Assembly: GCF_018350175.1 (NCBI RefSeq)
Contig: NC_058383.1
Coordinates: 30,320,001-30,384,000 of the forward strand
Source: Felis catus
Lineage: Eukaryota
DNA: 64,000 nt
Reading direction: 5' to 3'
The position numbers and the translations under genes are program-made. Under the pieces are notes generated by a model, which saw nothing but the letters and a program-made list of their open reading frames with translations, was not told the DNA's origin and searched no databases. Of the stretch, positions 49,201 to 62,104 are shown in pieces (within the stretch, counting starts at the first letter, position 1; each line of letters opens with the position of its first letter).

Positions 49201-50600
49201 GCCCCAAACTTAGTTGGCATGGAGCACCATGCATAGATCACTTCACCAAATCTTCGCAAATGGCCTGGGTAGGTATTATTCACCAAGGCTCAGAAAGTTT
49301 AAATGAGTCACCCAAAGCCACAGAACCAGCAAGTGGTAGAACCCAAGGTCACTCCTGTACATCAGGCTCTGTGCTGAGCCCAGAAGATACAGAGGTGGAA
49401 AATGTGCAATCCCTGAAGAGGGGAGACAGATGTGACATCATCAAGTCATGATATAATGTGATAATTATTCACACCAAATTATTCACATGTGCTATTATTC
49501 ACACCAAAATTTGGGAGGTAACAGAGCTTAGTAGCCAAGGGCTCTTGAATCATCGAAACCCAGATTCTAATTTCACCTCTGCCACTTACTGGCTGTGTGA
49601 CCTTGAATAAATTGCTTGACCTCTCAAGGTTCAAAGTCCCCCTCTGCAAAAAAAAAAAGGGGGGGGGGAGCTGCAGGGATGAAAACAAAGAGGCAGAGGG
49701 GGAATGGTACCTATGGACAAAGGGAGCCCAGGATATTCAGAGGAGCCAGGCCTCGGGTGGGAGATGCAGACTAGAAGCCAAATGATGAAGACTTCGAATG
49801 CCACTATCATCCAAGATGGCGCTCTCAATGTCATTTCAACATTTCCCAACCTCAAAGCTCTGTGTCTCCCACCATGCAGTGCCAGGTTTTCAGGAAGCCC
49901 AAGAGGCGCTGGGAGACCTGGAAGGATAGAGTTTCTCAGCCCCTGGCAGCTCTCCTCAGCAGAGTAGCTCAATTCCTCCTGACAGCACAAGCAATTGCCA
50001 AGCCCAGAATGAAACTGGCTGCTTCGACAGTTCCCTTTCTGTGCTCTGTGTTCTCTCCCCAGACTCCCAGCCATCCTGTTGGCACAGGCCCAGACCTCCC
50101 TCCTCCAGAGTCTCCCCACAACTAGTCTAATTGGGAGGCTGCGGGAAGCCCCGTGGGGCCATCCTGCCCATCCTCCATCTAAGCCTCTCTACAAGAAGCT
50201 TTGCAAAAATAAGAAGCAGGAGCCTGAGAGCCCAGGGAGCCTGAAAGACCCGTTGCGGTAAGCAGGGCACCATACGTCCGAAAATTCTTTCCAAGATACA
50301 GAAATGGAATTACTTCACTAGCTGTGCACTCCTGAGGTCCATTTCAAAAAAAACAAAAAGTTAATAATATAAAAAATATCTCAGCATGGAGGAAAGACAA
50401 TAAAAAAATTAACTTGCATGGAGCACAGAGTGTATCAGTGTTCGTTTTTTTTATGCATGTTAACTTTTATTGTTACTATATTTTCCTGATGCTAACAGTG
50501 CTTTGACCAATTTTAACCCTCCCAACAACCCTAGGAAGCAGTGCTTATGCCCATTTTATGGATAAGGAAACAGAGGTTCAGTTAAACGAAGTAACCCTCA

Positions 50601-50845
50601 GGGCACCTGAGTGGCTCAGTGGGTTAAGTGTCTGACTCTTGATTTGGCTCAGGGTCATGATCCCAGGGGGTGGGATCAGGCCCCAGGTCAGGATCTGCTC
50701 CCACAGCACGCAGAGCCTGCTTGGGATTCTGTCCCTCTCTCTTTCTCTTTCTCTCCCTCCCCCCACCCCCGCCCCTGCCCTGCTCTCTCACATGTACACT
50801 GTCTCTCTCAAAATAAATAAATACACTTAAAAAAAATAATAAAAT
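50601..50845 (+). mobile_element. CAN-SINE inserted in an antisense MIR (about 50510-50920)
   Basis: TSD aaacgaagtaaccc (50584-50597, 50846-50859); the MIR core continues across the insertion. Confidence 0.9.
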
Positions 50846-50939
50846 AAACGAAGTAACCCACAATGGCACAGCTAGTAAGCAATAGAGTGGAGACTCAAAT
50901 CAAGGTCTGTCTGAATCAGGGCCCACATAGTTGTGGGTG

Positions 50940-51545
50940 TTTTTTTTTTTTTTTAAGTTTTATTGAGGTATAATTTACATATCATGAAATTCATCCATTG
51001 TATGTATGCAATTCTATGATGTTTTTCGTAAAGTTATACAATGTCCACCATCAACACCCTCCAGTCTTACACATTCCCAGCATGCCCCCAATTTCCCCCC
51101 ATGCCTATTTTCTGTTAATCCCTACTCCTACTTCCCTCAGGCAACCACTAAGCTACTTCCTGTCTTTATAGACTTGCCTTCTCTGGACATTTCATAATGG
51201 AATCGTGCAACGTGCCCATACATCTGGACGTCTTCATCCAGCATGTGTTTGAGGGTCAAAAGCGAATTTGCTAGCAGTTATCAGTATTTCATTGCTTTCT
51301 TATTGCTGAATTGTATTCCACTGTATGGATCTACCACATCTTGTGTATCTATTCACTGCTGGATGGCCACTTGGCTTGTTTCTGCTTTGGGGCTATTATG
51401 AATAATACTTTTCAGAATCCTCATGGCTGTATCTTGAGTAAGTTCCTGGGAGTGAAACTGATGGGTCATAGAGTAAGTCTACATTTAATTTTTTTAAGGA
51501 ATCGGCAACCTGTTTTCCAAGGCCCGTGCACCATTTTACATTCTC
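50940..51545 (-). mobile_element. Old L1 (L1MB/ME-like) 3' fragment
   Basis: polyT then tttattgaggtataatttacat...ttctggacatttcat...gtattccactgtatggat...tttggggctattatgaat. Confidence 0.85.
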
Positions 51546-53905
51546 ATCCAAGCCCATACTATTAAATATTACCAGGCCCTACCTTGAAGCCAAATTGGAA
51601 TCCCAACATGTCTGAGAGGTGTGCTGGGCTCCCTGGAACAGTGCTTTTTCCATGAGCCCACTGCATAAGGGTACTGGTTGGGGATGAAGAAGAAACAAGA
51701 GGCTTTGATGTCCCAAGATACGGAGATGGGGGAAGAGTAAGAACAAAGGGCGTGGTCCCTGGTGCAATCTAGAGAGAATATGAATGGATAAACTGAAGCC
51801 TGTGTTTTTATGAGACACTTTAAGTGCAAAGCACAAGATGGATGGCTTTGGAGCTCAGATGGTAGAGTGTATCCCAGAGTTCAGGAGACATGACTTCTCA
51901 CTGCTCTGGAAACTTAAGAGTTGGCATCTTTGCAAATGTCCTAAGACAGAGCCTATGGTGTGGTAATACATGGGTGCTGGCACCATGAGGCACCCACAAG
52001 AGCATCTCAAGCTGCAAACATTGACAATAAGGCCAAAGCAGAAAAAAAAAAAGGGGCAGACACTGTTAAGAAGAATGCAGCCAGACCAAAGCAAAAACAC
52101 AACGGACCCACTGCACAATCCTCAGACATAACAGAGGAGACTTTGCACAGGCAGGAGTTCTACATGTGTGCGAGATGATCAGTGCCCGAAAACGGGGGCA
52201 GTCCCTGACCCTGGGACTCCCTGTTCCCCACAGGCTGGAGGAGAGTGTTCAAGAGCAGAGCTGATCTCACCGGAGACCCTTCTTGCTCTGCAGATGCCAC
52301 CCTGGCTTCCTTCCCATCAGCCCCTGCTGCTCCCACTCACCTGCTCACGAACATTAAAGACACTCTGTGACCTGGAATGTGCAGTAATTCACCCCAGAAA
52401 TATGATCACATCCCCCAGGCATATCCCAAACTCTACAAACCAAGGTTGAAAGAGAAAGATAAATCATCACACTCCTACCGGAAAAGGAGTTTTGAGAAGG
52501 GGGCTTTCAGGCTGTCCCAGGAGATGGACAAGGATGAAAGGGCAGGGAATGAAGTTACCAGTGGGGCTCTTGCTCAATGTACTTGTGAGCTTTGGAGCGT
52601 AACATACCTCCACCACCCCGACTAGTTATATGACCTTGGATAAGTCATGCAATCTCTTTGCCTCAGTTTCCTCCTGTTCCAAAAGGAGTAAACCACCTTA
52701 TGGGCAATTGAGAGGCCCAGAGATGATGTGCTCAAAGAGACCCGCATACTGTACGTGCTCCATCAAAGCAGAAATAAGAAGGCACTTTTTTAAAGATAAG
52801 AAGGGTATTATTATTATATGAATAAACTATCATGTTGGAATTGATAGGAGGAAGCATTGCCTCCCTCTGCCAACCCATGACCTGTCACTTTAAGAATGAA
52901 AAACCTGAAAGTTGACTTAGCCATTTATCCTTGAAATTAAGATGACTTTTGGCCCAGGGAGAATAATTATTATTTTCCCCTGAACAGTGACTGCACTGGA
53001 TGCCACATATTGATTGGGGATTAACAGGGACAAAACAAGTCACAGAGAGTGAATTTTCCCCAAACATCAAGGGGAATCAGTAAAGCATCATAGCAGCAGA
53101 GACGCAGGGAAATGGGGGGGGGGGGGGGGGAGTCAGGACATGGAAAATCAATTATGACATCATGGATGAAATGTTTCCCAAGGGCCAGCTGCGACCCTGA
53201 CATCGCTGTATGATCAATTTGCCTGAGAATGCTGCACCAGGGCACCAGAAGGGGTGGAGGGAAAACCTGTCCTCTCTCTCTTACCCCTCAGTATTTCAGA
53301 GAGGCAGCAATGGCTACCATGGGCACACTCTGAGAAATGATGATCTGGGCCACCAGGTGAGGACACAGGAACCTGGCAGAGGTGAAGACAACAAGGCAGG
53401 TCAGACGTCTACCAAAACAGCAGCACTCGGCCTGTTGGTAGCTCGTTCTGGAGGCTGCTCGGCCCCGGAGTTGAGCCCAGAGCACTGTGCCAGAAGCTTG
53501 GGGATACACAATAAATAGGAGGGATCCTAACTGGTCACTGGTCATGGCAGACACATGAGGGACTGAGTCCTGGGAATGAATGCAAGTCCGTGGAAGTCCC
53601 TAGAGACAGGATACGGCCGCAAGTGGGTCTCACTCAGATCTGAAGCCCTAATTTCAAGAGATTCAGATTCCAAAGCCTGCAGGGAAAGGGGGGACAGGCA
53701 GGGACCACAAATTAACCAAGTAGACCCAGACAAGGTGTGAGTTGCTAGCACATATCCCATCTCAAGGAGGCAGCCATTCTCAGCACCATTCAATTGTCTG
53801 GACCGGAATTTGGGCAGAATGTGACTGGATTCTCCTGACATTTCAAGAGAAGCACAAATCTGGAATTTACTGTGAGATGTTTCCATTTTCAAAAGCCAGT
53901 ACCTA

Positions 53906-54076
53906 GGGGGGCACCTTGGTGCCTCAGTGGGTTAAGCATCTGGCTTCAGCTCAGGTCATGATCGTGTGGTTCATGGGTTCGAGTCCTGTGTCGGGCTCTG
54001 TGCTGACAGCTCGGAGCCTGTAGCCTGCCTAGGATTCTGTATCTCCCTCTCTCTGCCCCTCCCCTGTTCTCGCTCT

Positions 54077-54111
<35 letters not shown>

Positions 54112-54153
54112 CTCGCTCTCGCTCTCTAAATAAAGAAATAAGCTTAAAAAATT
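53906..54153 (+). mobile_element. CAN-SINE, first unit of a tandem pair
   Basis: Head ggggggcaccttggtg; outer TSD aaaagccagtaccta at 53891-53905. Confidence 0.92.
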
Positions 54154-54155
54154 CA

Positions 54156-54382
54156 GGGTTCCTGGGCGGCTCAGTTGGTTAAGCATCCGACTTCGGTTTA
54201 AGTCATGATCTCACAGTTCATGGGTTTGAGCCCCTTGTTGGGTTCTGTGCTGACAGCTTGGAGCCTGGAGCCTGCTTCAGATTCTGGGTCTCCCTCTCTC
54301 TCTCTCTAACACCCCAGCTTGCTCGCTCTCTCTCTCTCTCTCAAAAATAAACAAGGATTTTAAAAATATTAAAAAACAAAAC
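54156..54382 (+). mobile_element. CAN-SINE, second unit of a tandem pair
   Basis: gggttcctgggcggctcagttgg; outer TSD copy at 54383-54397. Confidence 0.92.
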
Positions 54383-54411
54383 AAAAGCCAGTACCTACTT
54401 TAAAACAGACA

Positions 54412-54412
<1 letters not shown>

Positions 54413-54446
<34 letters not shown>
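54413..54446. repeat. (CA)n microsatellite
   Basis: Directly visible. Confidence 0.9.
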
Positions 54447-54449
<3 letters not shown>

Positions 54450-55309
54450 TGCAACCCAAACAACACATGATTGTTGGCTAGGTGCACCTGAGGACTCCAG
54501 TTTGCAACCCGGCACTAGCCAGCATTTCTCTGTTTTTCAGGACATTTGTGCCACCTTTTCTTCTAGAGTGGAAACTTCAGGAGGGCAAGAACAAGACTGC
54601 CAACTCTGCCCCTTGGAAAGTCCAGAGCACAGAGCCAGGCCTAGAGTATGAATGAGCCGGGCAAACAACCATCACTGCTGGGCTAGTTACATGCTCAAGG
54701 TTTTAGAAGCCAGATAGGGCCATGCAGACCCCAGTCCTGGTGCGCATGTGAGGCTATAACCCGCTTGGCATGAGCAGCCCCACCCAGAACAATATTTGTA
54801 CTCTGGTTTATGTCACAGTTCACCAGGGCACATTATTAGAAACAACAATTTGCTAATGCCAGGTCCAATCGGCCCTCTCCGAAAAAAAAAAAATATTCAA
54901 AAATTTACAAGCCCACAGCCCAAATCCTGGTGGAGCTTCGGTAAAGCTGGGAATATTTGTATTTGTGCTGGCAAGATACTGCAGATATGTTTTGTTGTAC
55001 ATGGTATTTAGAAAGACAAGCTGAATCACTAGCAAACATACAAAGGCTGGAAGACTCGATATTAAAATCTGCATTTCTGGGTTCTCTTGAGGAATCAGCT
55101 CTGGGGACGAGGAGCTCACATTCCCATATGGTGACAACCTGCGGGAGCTAATCAGCAGCTATCTCTTAAAGGGCCACGCGCCCACTTTGCTACAGTCCCT
55201 GCTTACCTGTGAGATCACACGCCCCGTGGGTACGTGGCTTCTGAACACTGCCTTCAGGTGCCAAGGGAGAAGGTCAAGGATGGAAGGCTTGGAGGTCCAT
55301 GTGGAGACC

Positions 55310-55880
55310 CCAGGCTCTCCAATCTCCTAGATTCTGCCCCACTCAAACACTGCAGCCAGAGTGACACTCGTGAAGTACAAGCTCGACACCGTTCATGTTC
55401 CCGGCTCACACAGGGGGAAAACGGAAAACACACAAGGTCTCAGAAGACCACTCTGAGATGAGGATTCTCAGTCTCCTCCTTCTCTTCACTTCTCTGTCCC
55501 TACCCATCCCGCTCCGACCACACCGCACTCAAGAGGCTTTTAGGACACACCACACATGCCCTTGCCTCAGGGCTTTTGCACTTGCCATGCCCTTTACCCG
55601 GAACACTCTTCCCCCAGCTACCTCACTGCTCATTCCCTGACCTCCTCCAAGTCAGGGCTGAAACGTCACCTTCTCAGTGAAGCTGGTCCCGGTCCACATA
55701 TACAAAATTACAACTACATTCCCTCCCCAGCAGGCCCTGTCACCCTCCCCTGTTTTATTTTTCTCCACTTTCTAATATATTATAAAATTCAGTTATTTAT
55801 TTGGTTTTTTACCTGCTTCCTCTCTCCTCAAATTAGTGAAGAGGTGTGTGCATGTTTTGTTTATTCCCTATCTCCTCACC
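55310..55880 (+). mobile_element. L2 fragment
   Basis: ctgcagccagagtga...gcctcagggcttttgcacttgcc...aacgtcaccttctcagtgaagct. Confidence 0.75.
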
Positions 55881-55884
55881 TGCA

Positions 55885-56082
55885 AGTGTTCTGGAAAGGG
55901 TAAGATGGCAAAGATTTTAAGCCTTATGAGCCATGTGGTCTCTGTCACGGCGACTCAACTCTGCCACCGTAGCACCAAATCAGCCAGAGGATACGTAAAC
56001 GAATGAATGTGGAAGTGTTCCAACGATGCTTTATTTACAAAAATACGCAGCGTTTGACACGTCGGCTGTTTGCCAACCCCAC
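55885..56082. mobile_element. MER58A-like hAT element
   Basis: ggtctctgtcacggcgactcaactctgccaccgtagc...ctttatttacaaaa...tttgccaacccc. Confidence 0.8.
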
Positions 56083-57539
56083 ATCCAGGACATGCCTAGC
56101 AGACACTGAGCACTCAAAAAAGATTTGCAGAACAGACTCAGAGCTTTAATGTCCCTCCCATATAGACAACACTCTCTTTAACAACCACACCAACCACGCA
56201 GATGAAGAAACCAGCATGGAGAGACAAAGGGAGCTGTCCAAGGTCACGAGGTCTGGAGAGGCAGAGCCAGGGGTGTGCCCGACTCCAGAACTACCCAGCC
56301 TCTGCAAGCCCATTATCTCAGCACCAAGCTCCATCTCTGAGGCAGCAAGGGCCACATGCACAGAGTGCACGGGAACCCACGGCCAGTCCTTGAAGAGAAT
56401 CTGGACATTCTGCCCTGTGCATCCTCCAGAAACCACTCAAGTCGTTTGCGTTAATTTCACATGCCCCTTTCTCCGAGCCTCCTTCCTTTCTTGCTAGAGG
56501 CTGGAAGTGGCTCCCAGGCTCTGCCAAGAGAAAAGCCCCCCTCCCAGTGGTCATTAATGACAAGAGCCGGCATTTAAGGATGCCAATTATGCACCAGGGA
56601 TTTCTTCAGTACCGAATAAGCGTTACGTCTAAATCTTACAACAATCTGACAGGGGGTGTAGTTTTACTCCAATTCGACAGAAGAAGAAAGCCACGTTCAG
56701 ACAGGTTGTCATCTGCCCGAGATCACACAGCTCCGTAGAATCACAGTCCGGATTTGAGCCCAGGTTTCTGTGACTCTTCAGCAATAACATCAGGCGCACG
56801 TAATCTGGAGTCAACCAACCCGTGTTCAAAACTTTGAACAGGGGACCTCCTGTCCCTGGGCCTCAGTTTCTTCTGCGAAATGGGATAACTATAGTATCTG
56901 ATCTGCAGGTTGTTGAGAGGACTCTGCATGTAAGACATTAAACAGTGGCTCACACATAGGAAGTTAATGCAGTCAGTTAATGACAACAACTATCATTAGA
57001 ACTACAAGTACCAGACCCAGACCTAGCACTACTGTCACTACCAAAGCCACGAAGCTCTGACTCTGAGCCTTACAAGGTTCCCACCACTGGCCAGGGGGGG
57101 GCAACCTGGTGAAGCAGGATGCTGTCTACCTTGATATTCTACCCACTTTGAAAACGCCTCTCCAGCCCACCCCCAGTCACACAGTGCTATTAAGCTGTAT
57201 TCTGTATAGGAAATACTAAAGTCAAAGCCCCTGAAGACTGCATGACCCAGACAATGCACTATAATGCAAGACTTTCTACCATCTCATGGCCCACCCCATA
57301 AAGTACCTGTTGTCTCTTTGGGCTAGAAGAGGGAAGAGCTCCGTTCTAGGACTCAAGGTCCTGGGTTCAAAGCCAGACCTTACAGCAACTCACTACATAG
57401 CTTTGGGACACTCCCTTCCCCTTCCTGGGCTTCTTCCAAAACAACAAAAGAACAGAACTAGATAATCTCCAAGGAGTACTGTAGGGGTCTACACAGGGAT
57501 TCAGTCACTTAGCCACTGTCTCAGTTACTCATACATTAT

Positions 57540-57930
57540 GTCAACAAATGCTTATCAAGTGGTTGCTATGCCCTAAGCACCTATGGTACAAGGCACGGTA
57601 TGTGTCTTAAGGGAGACGATCATCTAGTGGGAAAGAGAGATAATAAATGAGTAAATAAATATATAAGTTCATGGGGTGATATGTGTCTTGAAGAAAAATA
57701 AAGCAGGTTAAGAATATGGTGAAGAGGACAGAGTAGCTACTTTAAGACAGTTATCAGGAATGGCCTCTCTGCAGATGACGTGAAGGGAGAGAGTCCTCCA
57801 TGAGAAGGTCTGGGGGAAGAGAGTTCTAGGTGGAAGGGACAGCAGGTACAAAAGCCCAGCGGAAAAACCACTTGGGGTCTTCATGAAAGCTCAAAGGGTC
57901 AAAGAAGGCAGAAGTGAGCGAGTGAGCCAG
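57540..57930 (-). mobile_element. L2 fragment
   Basis: tcaacaaatgcttat...tctagtggg...tcaggaatggcctctctg...gggggaagagagttctagg. Confidence 0.7.
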
Positions 57931-58389
57931 GGAGTCTATGCCTGATAAGGGCTCAGTGAATTAAACTTCCAAGACTTGCCTCAACCCCCCAAAATTATGG
58001 TAAGACTCAGCACCGTGAATGGCCTTTGGTTCTCTACATGGACACCAAATGGGAGATCCCAAGTCTACCCAAACATTTTCTGCGCCTAGAACAACCTTCC
58101 CCATCTTCACTATGTTTCTTAAGGTTCCACAGGGGCATCAGCCTTGCCTGAAGGACCTTCCTTAAGCCCCTAGCCCCGGCTAGGTTGGGTGCCTCCCACT
58201 GTGCCCCCATAGAAGCCTGCATCTCTCACATGTGGTCATGGTAGATAACCATTTTTACCCTTTGCCTTCCCAGCTAATCTATACAGTTCGTGGAAACAGG
58301 GACCATAGCTTACTTGTCTCTGCCTTCCCCACTGCATAGCATGGAGCCTTGTACACAGCAGGTGCTTAGCATATCATCAAACTAGCTTC

Positions 58390-58620
58390 CATTTATGGAA
58401 CAGCTACTCTGGGACGGGCTTACGTTTAACAACTTACATGCATCCTCACATCTAATTTTCTCAATACCTTATGACATAGCTGGTGTTAGTCCCGTTATAT
58501 AAAAATGGAAACTGAGGCTCAGAGCAGTGACGTGACTTGCTCAAAGTTACCCGCCTAACACCTAGTGAAACACGGATTCCAAATCAAGTGTTCCTGCCTC
58601 CAAAGCTTTCACTCTTGACC
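58390..58620 (-). mobile_element. MIR SINE
   Basis: ggaaactgaggctcagagcagtgacgtgacttgctcaaag. Confidence 0.75.
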
Positions 58621-59509
58621 ACCTGAGCAGTGGCTCGCAAAACGTAAGGTCTCTGGTCCCACCGAGGACCTAACGAAGGGGCAGCAATCTGTCCTCACCA
58701 GCCTTCCCAGTAATTCTGATGCATGCTCAACTTTGAAAACCACTGCCCAGGGCTTACTATCTGGCAGTGTAAACTCACTCACAATTTACAGAGTATTCAC
58801 CATGTGCCAGATAGTATGTGGAATGCTGGGAATACCGTGGCAAGAAAAGACCATCACCAGCTCCTGTGTGTACGAAGCTAACTGTTTAGGGCTTGCCGAG
58901 AGAACGTTATACTCTATCATACTTGGAATCCCAAGGCTAGGGCTCTGTAAAATGAAGACTGCCTGGAACACAATCTTTTTTCCTTAACACATGGCAAATA
59001 TTGTGTCCATGTGAGCTAGAACAGTCCCGAGGAGGAAGCTGGCAGCCCCCCAGCACTTTCTTTTTTTGGTTTCCCTTCCCTGGCCCAATGGGGTAGCCAC
59101 ACTCAGATCTGAGAAGTTATAATTTGCCTCTTCTACCCATTAGCCCTATAAAGGTAGGGGGTCAGCCAATGCAGCAAAGCTGACCACTTCCTGGCATCCT
59201 TAGCTCGGTGTGAAAACACCAAGACAAGTTGCACGTTGTGGGCTAATGGGGCTGGTCATCCCCGAAGTAGAGATAGGAAGTGAAAACCCTTGCAACTAGA
59301 TGCCTGCCAGCCTCCCAAGAAATATGTTCCAAATACAAGGTGCCTGCACGCATGGTCATAACTGATTGCTCAGAGAATTCTGCTCTTCTCTCTCACAGTT
59401 ATCCCTGGGGCCCAGGAACTGTTTGACAAATCACTGAACCCATCAAGTTGGCTCTGTCAAAAGGTGGGAGGGGGAGGGACTGATCACATCTAGAGAGGGA
59501 AAGAAAGGA

Positions 59510-59720
59510 AGGAAAATGTATTTACTGAGCACCTATTATGTCGGGCACGATACTAGCTGCTTTCTGCGTATATTACCATTAATTTTCCTGACACCCTTAC
59601 ACAGTTAAATTAATATCTCTATTTTAGAAGAAGAAACCAAGACTCAGAGAGGTTATGTGACTCTCCCAAGGACAAACAGCTAGTACGCAGCAAAACTTGA
59701 ATTCAGTCCCAGCCAAGCTG
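59510..59720 (-). mobile_element. MIR SINE
   Basis: tttactgagcacctattatgtc...attttagaagaagaaaccaagactcagagaggtta. Confidence 0.75.
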
Positions 59721-61384
59721 GACCACAAAGACAGGGTCTTGTGGATTATATAAAATGTCAGTCCTCATCACACCCCATACAAAGCCTGCAAGCCCATTAG
59801 GAGACAGATCTAGAAAAGTCCTTCACCAGGGAAAATATATTTCATCCCCATTCTCAAAGGTATGAATTTCACTTAAGAGGGGAAACAGCATGTGTGGTGT
59901 CGACGCACCAAGACAAAATGGAATTAAGGTTGTCTTTCCCTCCGACTTTGAGAGAGATTCTGAGAATGTTTTTCTATTTTAGGCACAGTTACAACCAGAA
60001 CAGTCAAAGTGAATTAGTTTGGGGGATATATTTATTTTTTTTTTCATTTTTGCCTAGTCATCTGTAAACAAGATCTATTAAAATAATTAAATGCAAATTC
60101 GGTAATTTCTGCAACATTTAACTCAAAAATAGCAGATTTTATAAGAATGGGTATATTTAGCACCAAATTGGCTCTTAGCTTACTTTTGTCTAATGGCCTA
60201 TTTTAAAGTCATCTTCCAAGGATGGGAAGTTCAGTTTCATGTTTTGCTGATGGTTTCGGGGACCTTGGGGGGTGGGGCAGAGGGGGGGTATGTGGAACGC
60301 ATCTTCTACCCCCATCCTGAACCAGAGAAGCACGCTTGGGGAGTGTGTCATGTTACCTTTTCTCCTTTCCTGTGACAACGATAAATTTTTCTCTCCCAGA
60401 ATCCCTTCCACTGCCGCCTTGTCGAAGGACAAAGGCAGAATGGAAAAGTACCAAGGGGCAGGACCTGGGCAGCCTCCTTGGGACGGGAGGTTTGTGAATG
60501 GGCCCGACCCTGGGGCATTCCTTCTTGGGGTGTGGCCTGGAGCTGAGCAGGCCACAGGGAAAGGCAGAGAAAGGAGACAGACAGAAGGAGGGCAAGCCAC
60601 ACCCACTAAATCCTGCGTGCCTGTCCCTTCTGCCAGAGGAGTGAACATCTGAGTCAGTGACAATTTCATCTGAACTAGATTGCCCTCCCAACTATATATA
60701 TCCCTCACAGCGCCATGTGGTGTGTAAGCAGAGGCCTGCCACGGTGGAGATGCACAGGCTGCAGAGGGAAGGGGAAGGCCAAGGAAAAAAAAATACCCAA
60801 ACTCCCAAGGAAAGTCTCAAAACACACCTGAGCACCTGGGGGAAAAAAAAATTCAGGGCTGAAAAGGAGCAAAAGAACTGACCAAAGGGAAACACGAGGT
60901 TCCCCAGAGGGGATTCATAATGTCTGCGCCCCGCCCTCTCCCGTTTGCACACACCATACCTGGAATTTTCATGGTTAAGGCACTTCAGTCCTTACCTGGG
61001 ATCCGTGAAGGCTGAGGGTCAGGGATCTCCTCAAAGTGGACCCCTCCCATCCCAAGTTGTGAACTGTGTCCAGAAATAGTCACGAGTAACTACCTTTCTG
61101 CAACGTTTATTACCAAGTTTAAAGCAAACCTGCCGTTTTACGCGTTGCTCAGTTAATCGTGTCTAAAGCCCTGCAAGGTGAGTCCTATTAGCATCCCAGC
61201 TTTACAGATGAAGGAACAGAGGCCCAGACACAGAAAGCAACCAGACCAGGATCACATTGTTAGTGGCAGAGTTGGGAGTTGGGGTTTTCTTAACCCCTTT
61301 GTTATGGATAAAAGCAGGAGGGGGGGGATAGGTGGGGAAGGGGGGGAAGGGTAAGAGCAGGAGAGACCTGGGGAAAGGTGGGGG

Positions 61385-61572
61385 GGTGCGTCTGACTTTG
61401 ACTCAGGTCATGATCTTGCAGTTTGTGGGTTGGAGCCCCAGGACAGACTCTGTGCTGACACTGTGGAGCCTGCTTGGGATTGTCTCTCTCTGCTCCTCCC
61501 CAACTTGCTCCGGCCCGTACTCGCTCTCTCCTTCTCTCTCTCAAAATAAATAAATAAACTTAAGAAAAAAAC
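61385..61572 (+). mobile_element. CAN-SINE (older) with a garbled, G-rich head
   Basis: gcgtctgactttgactcaggtcatgatc...ctctcaaaataaataaataaac. Confidence 0.88.
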
Positions 61573-62104
61573 AAAGAATTTCCTCCTAATCACCTGAGGT
61601 TGAGTAAGTCCTGGGCCAAGACCCAGAAGCAGAGAGTTCGTGCCCTCCATGTTCCCCACCCACTCCGCCTCTACTATTGCCCGTCAGATGCAGGAAACCT
61701 CAAAACTGCATGCATCCCTTTATACCCCCGGCTCAGTATTTCTACAAATGGGCTTTGGGGTCAACAAGAACTAGAATCATGTTTCCACCAGTAGTATTCA
61801 GAATAAGAATTCATAATCTCTCCAAGCCTGGTTCTTAGAAAAATAGGAATGCACAAAAACCAGCCTCCCTCCAACTTCCATGCATTACTCTTTGTTTTCC
61901 CCTCAGAGGACAAGCACCCTACTCTCGGCCTAAGCACATTCTTTGGCTCAATCCTGAAATACAAAGTCTCCTAAATTCCATTTTATTCTCCATTTTCACT
62001 GGCACCACTTTTTCCCAGAACACAACAACCATCTCTTACCTACATAACCCAAGAGTCTCTGAATCTACTCTTGACTTCTTCCCATCTAGCAATACCACTT
62101 TGCG

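Larger units (their letters stand above)
53820..54515. mobile_element. MER102-like hAT element interrupted by two SINEs and a (CA)n tract
   Basis: tttcaagagaagcacaaatctggaatttactgtgagatg before; aacaacacatg...ccagtttgcaacc after. Confidence 0.5.

Noticed and set aside
58006..58026. REST/NRSE-like tcagcaccgtgaatggcc
   Set aside because: The right half-site GGACAG has three mismatches.
59145..59172. TATAAA plus CCAAT
   Set aside because: Order and spacing do not fit a promoter, and there is no other support.
60190..60708. 172-aa and 126-aa ORFs with an acceptor-like site near 60399
   Set aside because: No recognisable domain and no convincing donor; consistent with chance ORFs in GC-rich DNA.
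779..61572. tRNA genes suggested by A/B-box-like motifs
   Set aside because: All are tRNA-derived heads of CAN-SINEs.
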